DNA of 20,556 nt from assembly GCA_022664555.1 (NCBI GenBank), contig GCA_022664555.1_4839.2, one strand, 5' to 3'. The translations under genes and the position numbers were made by a program. Of the stretch, positions 7,730-15,657 are shown piece after piece. A model generated the notes under the pieces. It was not told the origin of the DNA, made no database searches, and worked only from the letters and a program-made list of their open reading frames with translations. This DNA is from Escherichia coli. GTDB lineage: Bacteria; Pseudomonadota; Gammaproteobacteria; Enterobacterales; Enterobacteriaceae. The first letter of the stretch is position 1. Every line of letters begins with the position of its first letter.

Positions 7730-8284
7730 ATGAAATATTTTGAGAAGTTTCCACTTGTTTGGCATCAATTGCAAGATGTCAAAGAGAATCATCAGTTGTT
7801 GTTACAGAACTTAACGCGCCGGGTGATGATCTTACAGAAAATTAAGGACATCGAAGGGCTTCTCCTGCCGTATACGATCCAAGAGGGGGAAACCCCAAGG
7901 TCTTTCGCAGAACGCGTTTACGGATCCTTCGAGTTGTTTTGGATACCTTGTCTGATAAACGGCATCATGGACATCAATAAGGACTGGCCAAAACCGGAAC
8001 GTCGTATTGTTGAAGAACTGACTGCAGACTATGGCATCGATGGTATGTGGGATACAGCCTATTATGTAGACCAGTTCAACAATGTGACCGACGCCCGTGC
8101 TATCAAATTTGCATATAACCTAGACCTGGATGAGCCGTCCATAATTGCTAACTATGGTCTGACGGCAGTTTCATATCATGATGATGCAATCAGTAAGAAT
8201 GAAGCCAAACGGAACATCCGAGTACTCGACCCAGATTATGTGTCTTCGTTTGTCAATCAGCTGGAGCAGGAGTTGGCGAAATGA
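7730..8284 (+). CDS. Small baseplate hub-associated protein (gp26/gp28/gp51-like by position)
   Basis: 184 aa; ATG at 7730 with AAGAGAGGA upstream; ATGA-coupled to the next gene. Assignment is by synteny only. Confidence 0.45.
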   Translation: MKYFEKFPLVWHQLQDVKENHQLLLQNLTRRVMILQKIKDIEGLLLPYTIQEGETPRSFAERVYGSFELFWIPCLINGIMDINKDWPKPERRIVEELTADYGIDGMWDTAYYVDQFNNVTDARAIKFAYNLDLDEPSIIANYGLTAVSYHDDAISKNEAKRNIRVLDPDYVSSFVNQLEQELAK

Positions 8285-9669
8285 TCGAAAACAGAGAGAC
8301 CCAAGACGGTATTGTAACACCGTCAACAACATTTGACCTGAAGTATATGGCGATCCTCCCTCATACACCCCAGGGTGGAACACCAACGCCATATGATCTG
8401 ACGGCGTTGTTTGAGGAGTTCAACGTCTTCCAGGATCTGGGTCTTGAAGGGAAGTCATCTCCATCACTTACAGCCAATGTCTTGATAAAAGAAGTGTGTG
8501 ACATTCTTGACACAATGCCTATCTTGGGTGGTGAAGAAGTTGTGGTGTCATTCAAGAGTCCGGCGGCCTCGGAATACCCCACTCTCTCCCTGCGCGTAGC
8601 GCGTGTTGGGCGCGTAGCTGATGAGTCCAACAGCTCGTCCAAGAAAGCATTCTGGTTGCACATGGTGACCACCGATGCCTATAAGGACAGCATGATCCGA
8701 TGCTCCCTCGGTCTTGACGGTTCGTATTCTGACATGGCGAAGGCAATCTTCAATCAGTTGGAGTCGCGCACCAAGTTCGAAGACATCGACCCGTCGTATG
8801 GAATTCAAGAGCGGTTCGCCACCCCGCTCTGGCCTGTGCTGCGATCTATTGATTATATGGCGAGCCGTTCTTATGACGAATTGTTCATGCCATTCGTGTT
8901 CTATGAAGACTTCAATGGCTATCACTTCAAGAGCCTGACGACGTTGTTCAACCAGGGTAGCCAGTCATTGACAGCAGAAGAGAAGCAGGAACTAGCTCAG
9001 CAGAACAAGTTGTTCCGTGATCCTCAGGACGCGCCGCTCATGCAGGATAACAACTTCAACTCTGAGCGCTTTATGCGCACGATCATCAAGGCAGAGAAGA
9101 AGCTGGCGCGTGACCAGTTCATGGCAAACTACCGCGATGTCCTGGCGGTGAACGAGCGCGTCTACGACTTTGAGACCAAGACAGTCACCCCAACACAGCG
9201 CATCTATACTGAGTGGTTTGCAGAGACGGCTCACCTTGATCCGTTCCCGATGTTCTCAGATGAATTCAATCGTCAGAACGTCCGTTACATTGAAGCCCAG
9301 CCGGATGGAGCGGAGCAGATTGATTATGCTCGTCGTGTTATCAACTTCAGTCTTGCCAGCACTGTGATGCGCGTGTTGCTCGTTGGTGATAACCGCCTGA
9401 ACGTCGGTCAGGTGTTCTACGTCGAAGACCAGTCCAACCGTCCTAAGAAGAACGAAAACCTGGCAGAGTTAAGTAAGCTATCGACAGGCCACTATATCGT
9501 GACCAAAGTGCGTCACAAGATTTCCCGCCTAACCAAAGATTATCAGTGCATCGCTGAGATTGCCAAGGACAGTTTGCTGGAGCAGGTGCTTCCACCTCAG
9601 ACCAATCAGACAACTGCTTCCACCACTACTCCTCAGGCGATTGAGAAAGGCCAAGCACAGAAGGTTTAA
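8281..9669 (+). CDS. Baseplate hub subunit, gp27-like (tentative)
   Basis: 462 aa. Segments PLWPVLRSIDYMASRSYDELFMPFVFYEDFNGYHFKSLTTLFNQ and GDNRLNVGQVFYVEDQSN resemble remembered gp27 hub motifs. Immediately upstream of the tape-measure gene. Confidence 0.55.
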   Translation: MIENRETQDGIVTPSTTFDLKYMAILPHTPQGGTPTPYDLTALFEEFNVFQDLGLEGKSSPSLTANVLIKEVCDILDTMPILGGEEVVVSFKSPAASEYPTLSLRVARVGRVADESNSSSKKAFWLHMVTTDAYKDSMIRCSLGLDGSYSDMAKAIFNQLESRTKFEDIDPSYGIQERFATPLWPVLRSIDYMASRSYDELFMPFVFYEDFNGYHFKSLTTLFNQGSQSLTAEEKQELAQQNKLFRDPQDAPLMQDNNFNSERFMRTIIKAEKKLARDQFMANYRDVLAVNERVYDFETKTVTPTQRIYTEWFAETAHLDPFPMFSDEFNRQNVRYIEAQPDGAEQIDYARRVINFSLASTVMRVLLVGDNRLNVGQVFYVEDQSNRPKKNENLAELSKLSTGHYIVTKVRHKISRLTKDYQCIAEIAKDSLLEQVLPPQTNQTTASTTTPQAIEKGQAQKV

Positions 9670-9680
9670 CGAGGTGACCC

Positions 9681-11627
9681 ATGGCACAGGAAGCAACGAA
9701 CAATGATGTTGTCAAAGTTCTAGACAAGATCAAGGCGGAGATGATGCAGCGCAAACAACTCCGCGCTCAGAATGAAACCAACAAACAGCTTGACCGGATG
9801 AACAAGAATCTGGCCAAGCTGGAATCTGCCACTAAACAGGGCACCAAGGCCGAGTCCAAGCCATTTGAAATCCGTATCCCGACAGTCAATGAGATCGTCA
9901 TGGGATTCGCTCGCATGTCTCCGATCTTCACCCGCGACTTCAGCGTATGGATGAAGGATACTGTCGATGTGGGTAACGAAGGTAATCGGGAACTGGAGAA
10001 TATCGCAGGCAAGATTGACCGCCTCGGTGAGATCACCCGCATGCCAACAGATGACACGTCCCTGGAGTATCTTAACCTGATCTCAGACCAGCTGAAGTCT
10101 GCCAATGATGACACCCTCAAGCGCATGGACGAGCAGAGTGTGTCTCTGGTCCGCGTGGGATCATTCTTGAACATGATCGACGGAGTGATGATCGAGGTTC
10201 GTGACAATGTTGCTGAACTGAAAAAGAACTCCGATGACACCCTTACTCGCTTGTCTAGCATTGAAAACAAGATTGGACGCACGGGCGGTCATATCGTTGG
10301 AGTGTTGACACGCATCTTTGATGAAGACCAGAAGTGGCGTGAGAAGGACGAGATGCGCCGTGGGGAAACAGACAAAGAAACGGGTGGTCATCCTCAGGCG
10401 GGTTCTGTTATACCCAAAGACGATGACCAGAAAGACGATTCCTCCGGTATCGGGGCTGCTGTGGCGGCCATGCTTGGCCTGAATGCACTGAAGGGCTTCT
10501 TGCTCAAGCCGTTCAAGATCATCGGTGGTGTTGTCGGGACTTTCCTCGGCATGTTCTCCAAGCTGGGAGAAGGTATCACCAAACTTCTGGGTCCATTTGG
10601 GAAGGTGTTCAAGTTCCTGAAAGTCGGCCCACTGGCTCTCCTGTCTATGATCTGGGACTTCGGTAAAGGCTTCATTGATGCGAAGGAGATCCTAGGTAAA
10701 GGTGCTGTCACGATAGTTGACCGAGTACGGGCGGGGATATCAGAACTGGTTGGTGGATTTGGTGATCTATTTGACTGGGTGTCCAAGATCTTTGGCTTTG
10801 ATACCGAGGCGGGTGAAACCCTGCGCAAATACACCCTCATGATCACAGAGGCTCCCGCTCGTTGGCTGAATGGTATTATCGACTGGATTAGCAACGACTT
10901 GTTTGCAGGGATCGGGAGAGACACGTCTCTTACGGATATCCCTGGCAAGTTAGCAGACAACCTACAGTCCGAGTTGATAAAGCTGGTAGACTGGATCACA
11001 GGGGGTATCAGTAGTGTGATCGACGAGGGCATGGGTGTGGCCAACAAGGTCATTGACGATATCAAGAAGGGATTTGCCGAAAATGTGAAGAAACCTTTCT
11101 TCAACATGCTGAACACAATCACCAATGCGATGTTCGATATCGTTGACAAGTTCGTCAGCATCATCCCTGACGCTCTGGGTGGACAGGCTGCGAAGCAGAA
11201 GATGGATGAGGCTCGCCAGTCTATGCTGATTGACACTGATGAGAATCCATCTCCTAATGTGACAGAGACCCAGCAGCCACAGACGCCAGCACAACCGAAC
11301 ATCGATCCACAAACGCTGACTCCAATACCTTCTGGTGCGTCTTCGGATGACAAGAATATGACTAATGACCGCACCTCTCAGCTGAAAGCTGCGTATGGTT
11401 CTATCGGGGGTGGTACTCTGGGCGGGGCCATGCCATCACAAGGGAGGGCGCTGTCTAATATTGAGCAAGTACAAGGCGGCTATTCACCGCCTCCGGCCAG
11501 CGTCGTGATGCCAGTACAGCAGAATGTGGATGCTTCTAAGAGGATCAACACGACCAATAACTTCAACAGCTCATATCTTGAGCCTGAGAACAAAACAGAT
11601 AATTCCCGCATCCTGTGGGAATGGTAA
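9681..11627 (+). CDS. Tail tape measure / baseplate hub protein, gp29-like
   Basis: 648 aa. N-terminal coiled-coil-like region, a long Gly-rich hydrophobic segment (GIGAAVAAMLGLNALKGFLLKPFKIIGGVVGTFLGMF...) and a Ser/Pro-rich C-terminus. ATG at 9681 with GAGGTGA upstream. Confidence 0.6.
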   Translation: MAQEATNNDVVKVLDKIKAEMMQRKQLRAQNETNKQLDRMNKNLAKLESATKQGTKAESKPFEIRIPTVNEIVMGFARMSPIFTRDFSVWMKDTVDVGNEGNRELENIAGKIDRLGEITRMPTDDTSLEYLNLISDQLKSANDDTLKRMDEQSVSLVRVGSFLNMIDGVMIEVRDNVAELKKNSDDTLTRLSSIENKIGRTGGHIVGVLTRIFDEDQKWREKDEMRRGETDKETGGHPQAGSVIPKDDDQKDDSSGIGAAVAAMLGLNALKGFLLKPFKIIGGVVGTFLGMFSKLGEGITKLLGPFGKVFKFLKVGPLALLSMIWDFGKGFIDAKEILGKGAVTIVDRVRAGISELVGGFGDLFDWVSKIFGFDTEAGETLRKYTLMITEAPARWLNGIIDWISNDLFAGIGRDTSLTDIPGKLADNLQSELIKLVDWITGGISSVIDEGMGVANKVIDDIKKGFAENVKKPFFNMLNTITNAMFDIVDKFVSIIPDALGGQAAKQKMDEARQSMLIDTDENPSPNVTETQQPQTPAQPNIDPQTLTPIPSGASSDDKNMTNDRTSQLKAAYGSIGGGTLGGAMPSQGRALSNIEQVQGGYSPPPASVVMPVQQNVDASKRINTTNNFNSSYLEPENKTDNSRILWEW

Positions 11628-12287
11628 TCAGATTCCGTGGGCTTGTATTAGCTCACGGAGTCTCTGTTTTGAATATGTTGTATCCTCATCCGGAACCACA
11701 GCATTCGTCTTCCTGAGCAAGAACGCCTCCGAGTTCCAATAGATGTCATCACGCAGAATCGTATCGTACAGATGAATGAAACCAACGATCTTGTTCAGAC
11801 CGACAAGGAACCAAATCGGGAACTTCTTGATGATGATGTCTGTTAGCAACGGCGGATGACGTGTACCCGTCCCCTTGATGTACTCAATGAAGGTGCAGTT
11901 GCGCTCCCTTATGGCAGGGATCATCTCCCGCTCGAACTCCTCTAGGAAGTTATATGTGAATTTCTCTTACAGCTTACGGTATTCATCATAATTGGCCTGA
12001 GCCTGGCGTGTAAGCAATGTCGTCACCCAGGTCTTGGGTGATTTGATGAAGTTGGCAATGATGTAGTTCTCTACCACTTCACCCTGTGATGACTCGAACC
12101 GACGGGCAAGGCGAGCAAACTGTTTGCACACGGCCTCCTTCGCCAAGAACGTCTCGAACTTGTAATTCATCGGCCCATACAAGCTGTAATCGAAGTCCTT
12201 AGTGGTGAAGTGCAGCTTGATCGCCATGAATACACAGTAAACGTTGAACGCCCGCTCGAACTCCATCTTCTGCCACTCTGTTAGCAT
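11628..12287 (-). pseudogene. 59: gp59-like helicase loader interrupted by an in-frame ochre codon (TAA at 11967-11969)
   Basis: ORFs 11967..12287 and 11628..11924 are in the same frame, separated by one TAA and 14 sense codons. N-part VYCVFMAIKLHFTTKDFDY...NFIKSPKTWV and C-part IYWNSEAFLLRK resemble gp59 N- and C-domains. Combined length is about 219 aa. Confidence 0.5.
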
Positions 12288-12535
12288 TTGCGTTCCTCTT
12301 CTTTAATAAATTGCAATAACTCTTCCATCAGCCCTTTCTTCTTGATGAACTGTAACACCAGGATGAAGCGACGGAAGGAGCGGGGGACAACACGATAACC
12401 CTTCGCCCAGTAGTTCACAACATTAGAACAATCCAATAAACGAGCCAGCCCAGATTGTGACACCCCGAGGCTCAGCAGAACCTTGTACATGTACTTCTTG
12501 TCATTTACCGGAAGCTCTTTCATTCTTAAACTCAT
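12281..12535 (-). CDS. Small XRE/Cro-like HTH protein
   Basis: HTH-like GVSQSGLARLLDCSNVVNYWAKG. Start uncertain (ATG at 12535 or 12523). Overlaps the gp59-like start by 7 nt and contains its RBS. Confidence 0.45.
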   Translation of the reverse strand: MSLRMKELPVNDKKYMYKVLLSLGVSQSGLARLLDCSNVVNYWAKGYRVVPRSFRRFILVLQFIKKKGLMEELLQFIKEEERKC

Positions 12536-12758
12536 GATACTTGTCCGCTAATGTCTTATAATATTTGTTAGGATTATACTCCTGTTTGGAATAGTGAAGA
12601 GTAAGGGAAGCACTCAGACCTAGGATAATCACGACAACGAGCGCCTTGTGGTTATTGATCTCGGGAATAGCTATCCACACCAGCAGCATCACAAGCGAGC
12701 TGATAATCAAGGACAGCAAGAACGTTAATGCAATCACCAATGCGAATAGCTCGTCCAT
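12501..12758 (-). CDS. Small membrane protein (two hydrophobic segments)
   Basis: ATG at 12758 with AGAGGTG upstream. LFALVIALTFLLSLIISSLVMLLVWIAI and ALVVVIILGLSASL. Confidence 0.45.
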   Translation of the reverse strand: MDELFALVIALTFLLSLIISSLVMLLVWIAIPEINNHKALVVVIILGLSASLTLHYSKQEYNPNKYYKTLADKYHEFKNERASGK

Positions 12759-12762
12759 CAGA

Positions 12763-12984
12763 TCACACCTCTTTGTGATTCTTCATCTTGCGGACAGTGC
12801 CCACAAACCCAAGATCCTTCCCGCAATGGGTGCAGATAGCATGGCAAGCATGGTTCTCACGATAGGTGCTGTGTTTGCAGCGCCATTGCTTGAACGCCGA
12901 ACGGGCAACTGGGATCACGGCGATCAAGAAGACGATGCCGGATATCTGAAGTTCAACCAAGAACTTCGCCCACCAGAAACTCAT
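12763..12984 (-). CDS. Small protein with N-terminal TM helix and C-terminal Cys/His cluster
   Basis: ATG at 12984, just downstream of the ligase stop (the ORF-track start at 13086 lies inside ligase). FLVELQISGIVFLIAVIPV then CKH...HACHAICTHCG. Confidence 0.4.
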   Translation of the reverse strand: MSFWWAKFLVELQISGIVFLIAVIPVARSAFKQWRCKHSTYRENHACHAICTHCGKDLGFVGTVRKMKNHKEV

Positions 12985-12988
12985 GTAC

Positions 12989-14419
12989 TCACCCATTATC
13001 CTTCTCCAACAGGAATGCGATGTTTTCGATGTACGCTTTCTGTATCGCATAGACTTCATCCAGTGTGTTGGCCACTTTCTTGTCAATGCGGACTTCTACA
13101 AGGCGAGGTAGGAACAAAGACTTCATCGCATCATCTGTCTTATCCTGTACGCCATTGGAGAGCACTGCGGCGATCTTGCCAATGTAGTCGCCCTGGTTCT
13201 CCCACATATGGCGTCTCAGCTCATCTGAGATCCCTGATACGCCAACAACAAGCAGGCTGTCGGAAGTTTTACAAATCAGTGAGCCAAAAGTCTTGGCGTG
13301 TTTACCCTTCTTGTCGGCCTCGTTGAAGCCCACGATTTCAAGGTCACACTCAACCTCCATCTTCAGCTTCAGACCTTCAGAAGAAGTACCATCTTCCCAA
13401 GGCATGTCGGCGGCCTTACATATCGTACCTTCTTCTTTGCGAGCCAGCGCGTCTTTGAAGTGGTCGACGGCTTCGGCAAATGAGTGAACAACACGAGTTT
13501 CCTGAACCTGAACCAGACCGTCGTCTTCACAAAACATTTGCATGATCATGTCGAAGCGGGTTTCATACGGGGTGTCCACGCGCTGGGCGTTGAACCAGTT
13601 GTCGTACGGGACAACATCCCACACCCGGTAGATCACCCGATAACGATCTTCTAGGGGTTCTCCTGTCTGAATCACGCTGTTGAGTTTACCGTTACCGACA
13701 GCACGAGGCAGGATGGTATTCGACTTGAGGTCAACAACGAGAAGTTCACCATGGAACACACTCTCACCAATCCCCGCATCGTAGATGATGTCCTTGAACA
13801 CCAGTGACAGGTTGTCAACCGAACCGCCTGCGATAAGGGAACCGGATCGAGAGCGAATCTCAGGCTCTTTATTGTACCGACATATGATGTTGGCGAACAT
13901 GCCGTCTGACTTCAGCTGGCTGTAGACAACACGCTTGAAGTCCATCTTCTTCAGCAGGTCAATCGTCATGTTGTCATAACGATGATACGGAAGAATGTTG
14001 ATCAGGCGTCCAGTGCCTCCGGCGGCGTTGAATGCAGCGTTGATGCCCTTCTCAGCGATACCCGCCTTGATATCACGGTCTAGGATCATCTGAATGAGTT
14101 CGTGGTATTGGGGATCCATCTTCAGGGCGACAGAGGCCAACAGGGCATCAGCCTTTTGGCCACCGACAAGGCGCTGCGCCATCTGGTCGAGGACGCCATA
14201 GACTTCGCTAATGTCATCAGTCTTCTCACGGACGAGCATGCGAGGGTACGCGCTGAGCTTCAACTCAGTCCGATAGAACGACGTCATTGGGTCATAGACA
14301 TACTGCAGGAAGTCTGCCAAGTCTGGGTTGTTCTTGAATGCTTCGGTCAGCACGGCTTTCTTCGCATTGCTGCCTTTGGTTTCGCGAAGTCGGTGGACTG
14401 TTTCAAGGATAGGGATCAT
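12989..14419 (-). CDS. 30: ATP-dependent DNA ligase (T4 gp30-like)
   Basis: 476 aa. Adenylation motif KSDG (YSQLKSDGMF), HGELLVVD, EGTICK and C-terminal OB-like region. ATG at 14419 with GGAG upstream. Confidence 0.9.
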   Translation of the reverse strand: MIPILETVHRLRETKGSNAKKAVLTEAFKNNPDLADFLQYVYDPMTSFYRTELKLSAYPRMLVREKTDDISEVYGVLDQMAQRLVGGQKADALLASVALKMDPQYHELIQMILDRDIKAGIAEKGINAAFNAAGGTGRLINILPYHRYDNMTIDLLKKMDFKRVVYSQLKSDGMFANIICRYNKEPEIRSRSGSLIAGGSVDNLSLVFKDIIYDAGIGESVFHGELLVVDLKSNTILPRAVGNGKLNSVIQTGEPLEDRYRVIYRVWDVVPYDNWFNAQRVDTPYETRFDMIMQMFCEDDGLVQVQETRVVHSFAEAVDHFKDALARKEEGTICKAADMPWEDGTSSEGLKLKMEVECDLEIVGFNEADKKGKHAKTFGSLICKTSDSLLVVGVSGISDELRRHMWENQGDYIGKIAAVLSNGVQDKTDDAMKSLFLPRLVEVRIDKKVANTLDEVYAIQKAYIENIAFLLEKDNG

Positions 14420-14424
14420 GTGGT

Positions 14425-14465
14425 GTCTCCAGGGTTATATGTGCTGCTATTATAACCCTGGGGAC
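14425..14465 (-). promoter_or_regulatory. Stable hairpin in the ligase 5' leader that sequesters the Shine-Dalgarno sequence
   Basis: Perfect 11-bp inverted repeat ccagggttata / tataaccctgg with 11-nt loop, extendable to about 15 bp. The minus-strand GGAG SD lies within the 3' arm, 6 nt from the ATG. Confidence 0.5.
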
Positions 14466-14532
14466 TTCAATAGATTATTGGTGGGTGCGGGATTTTGCCT
14501 GGCCGATAATGAGGTCAGTGTGTAGTCCTCGG

Positions 14533-14874
14533 TTATTTCTTCGGGGGTTCAATTGAGGTGAAAGAATCCTTCCAACTCTTGAATTTTTCAACCAGGGCTT
14601 CTTTACCCAGCTTGTCATTTGACACGCTGTGAATATAGGCAAATGCTCCATAGCCGGATCCTGGCATAGCCTTGCAGATGCGCAGACTGACCAAAGAATC
14701 TCCTACGGAAACAAGATAGTGGTCACGACGATTGTTCGGGGCATAATGGTTGTCGTGAAACTTGTCAATAACAACACAGTTCTGAGGTTCGACGTCAATC
14801 GGTAGCCCGTTGGCTTCGGATCCGCCGCGCCCAAGTACGCAGCCTGGGAATAATGTTTCTAAGAGTGTAGTCAT
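14533..14874 (-). CDS. Hypothetical protein (113 aa)
   Basis: ATG at 14874 with AAGGA 7 nt upstream; preceded by a ~250-nt non-coding region. Confidence 0.55.
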   Translation of the reverse strand: MTTLLETLFPGCVLGRGGSEANGLPIDVEPQNCVVIDKFHDNHYAPNNRRDHYLVSVGDSLVSLRICKAMPGSGYGAFAYIHSVSNDKLGKEALVEKFKSWKDSFTSIEPPKK

Positions 14875-15127
14875 GGACTGTTCCTTCTTTAAGTTCCCAA
14901 GAATTAAATGGGTGAATAGTTTATTGAATTATTTGTTGTGAAACCCAGAGCCTTGTGGACTTCTTCACGATTTTAATTTCGGCCTGAGCCTCTGTGCGAT
15001 TAATCTAGCGCTTGTGATGTCGGGAGAGGGCTTTGTAAACAAGCCTTGGCGTCAATGGCATCGATTAGACAACGGATCTCAGCGCATCAGAGGCTTGCCC
15101 AACAGCCAGTTGAAATACTTGCGCATG

Positions 15128-15340
15128 TCACTTCCTCATCAGTGAGAGTAGGTTGACCGTAGCCGGGCGCGCATCAGGGGCGTAGAAGACGTCCTGAGAG
15201 TGCCTCTTACAGCACGGGCAATCCTTCGTGGCGATTACACAGGGAGCCTTGCTTACGGCAAATCCGGCGGCTTCGGCTTCCTTCACAGTGGTGAATGGCA
15301 GGTAAGCACTTGTGCCCTGCCCTCCGCATGAACATTCCAT
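15128..15340 (-). CDS. Small cysteine-rich protein (CSCGG ... C ... CPCC)
   Basis: ATG at 15340 with GGAGGA 6 nt upstream; 70 aa with 7 Cys. Confidence 0.5.
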   Translation of the reverse strand: MECSCGGQGTSAYLPFTTVKEAEAAGFAVSKAPCVIATKDCPCCKRHSQDVFYAPDARPATVNLLSLMRK

Positions 15341-15540
15341 CAGAAATCCTCCAACGTGATACCATTGACTTCCGACATTAACCCAAGGCGCTTAACCCGA
15401 CGAGCGTGGCGGTGCTCCTTCTTGATGCTTTTAGAGCGTTGTGCTTTGGAACGTCGATTCTTGTAAGTGTCAGACGGATACTTGTCATGTCCTGGACAAC
15501 AAGATCCTGGCTCGTATACATACATGATTTCACGTTTCAT
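15340..15540 (-). CDS. Small basic protein (66 aa)
   Basis: ATG at 15540 directly after the upstream stop (TGAATG); Lys/Arg-rich with a CCPGH motif. Confidence 0.45.
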   Translation of the reverse strand: MKREIMYVYEPGSCCPGHDKYPSDTYKNRRSKAQRSKSIKKEHRHARRVKRLGLMSEVNGITLEDF

Positions 15541-15657
15541 TCATTTCTTCCTCTTAAAGGGGACGACCAGGGCTATGATGAGAAGCATAGCTGTAATCAT
15601 CCCACATGCTATCAGACCGAAGGCGAACGACTTCAGAACAAACTCAATCAAATTCAT
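15541..15657 (-). CDS. Very small hydrophobic membrane peptide (38 aa)
   Basis: Hand-translated: MNLIEFVLKSFAFGLIACGMITAMLLIIALVVPFKRKK. ATG overlaps the stop of the 368-aa gene (ATGA). Below the ORF-track size cutoff. Confidence 0.35.
   Translation of the reverse strand: MNLIEFVLKSFAFGLIACGMITAMLLIIALVVPFKRKK

Noticed and set aside
10394-11374. 326-aa minus-strand ORF antisense to the gp29-like gene
   Set aside because: Low-complexity Ser/Pro/Ile-rich translation lying entirely inside a well-supported + strand gene; typical antisense shadow ORF.
4431-11969. In-frame TAG and TAA inside cd and gp59-like genes as evidence of stop-codon reassignment (alternative genetic code)
   Set aside because: All three stop codons end well-conserved genes in the window (TAG ends gene 41, TAA ends the gp27-like and gp29-like genes, TGA ends uvsX and ligase). 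Two different stop codons are involved, and TAG replaces a catalytic Glu rather than a Gln-type position. Nonsense alleles or sequencing errors are more parsimonious.
14875-15127. tRNA gene in the 250-nt intergenic gap (tRNAs are common in T4-like phages)
   Set aside because: No GTTCGA/GTTCAA-type T-loop or cloverleaf arrangement could be found on either strand; structure reported instead as an unclassified RNA candidate.
15124-15127. 15-codon minus-strand mini-ORF (MRKYFNWLLGKPLMR) starting right after the 70-aa gene stop
   Set aside because: Too short, no RBS, and it lies within the region better explained as structured non-coding RNA.
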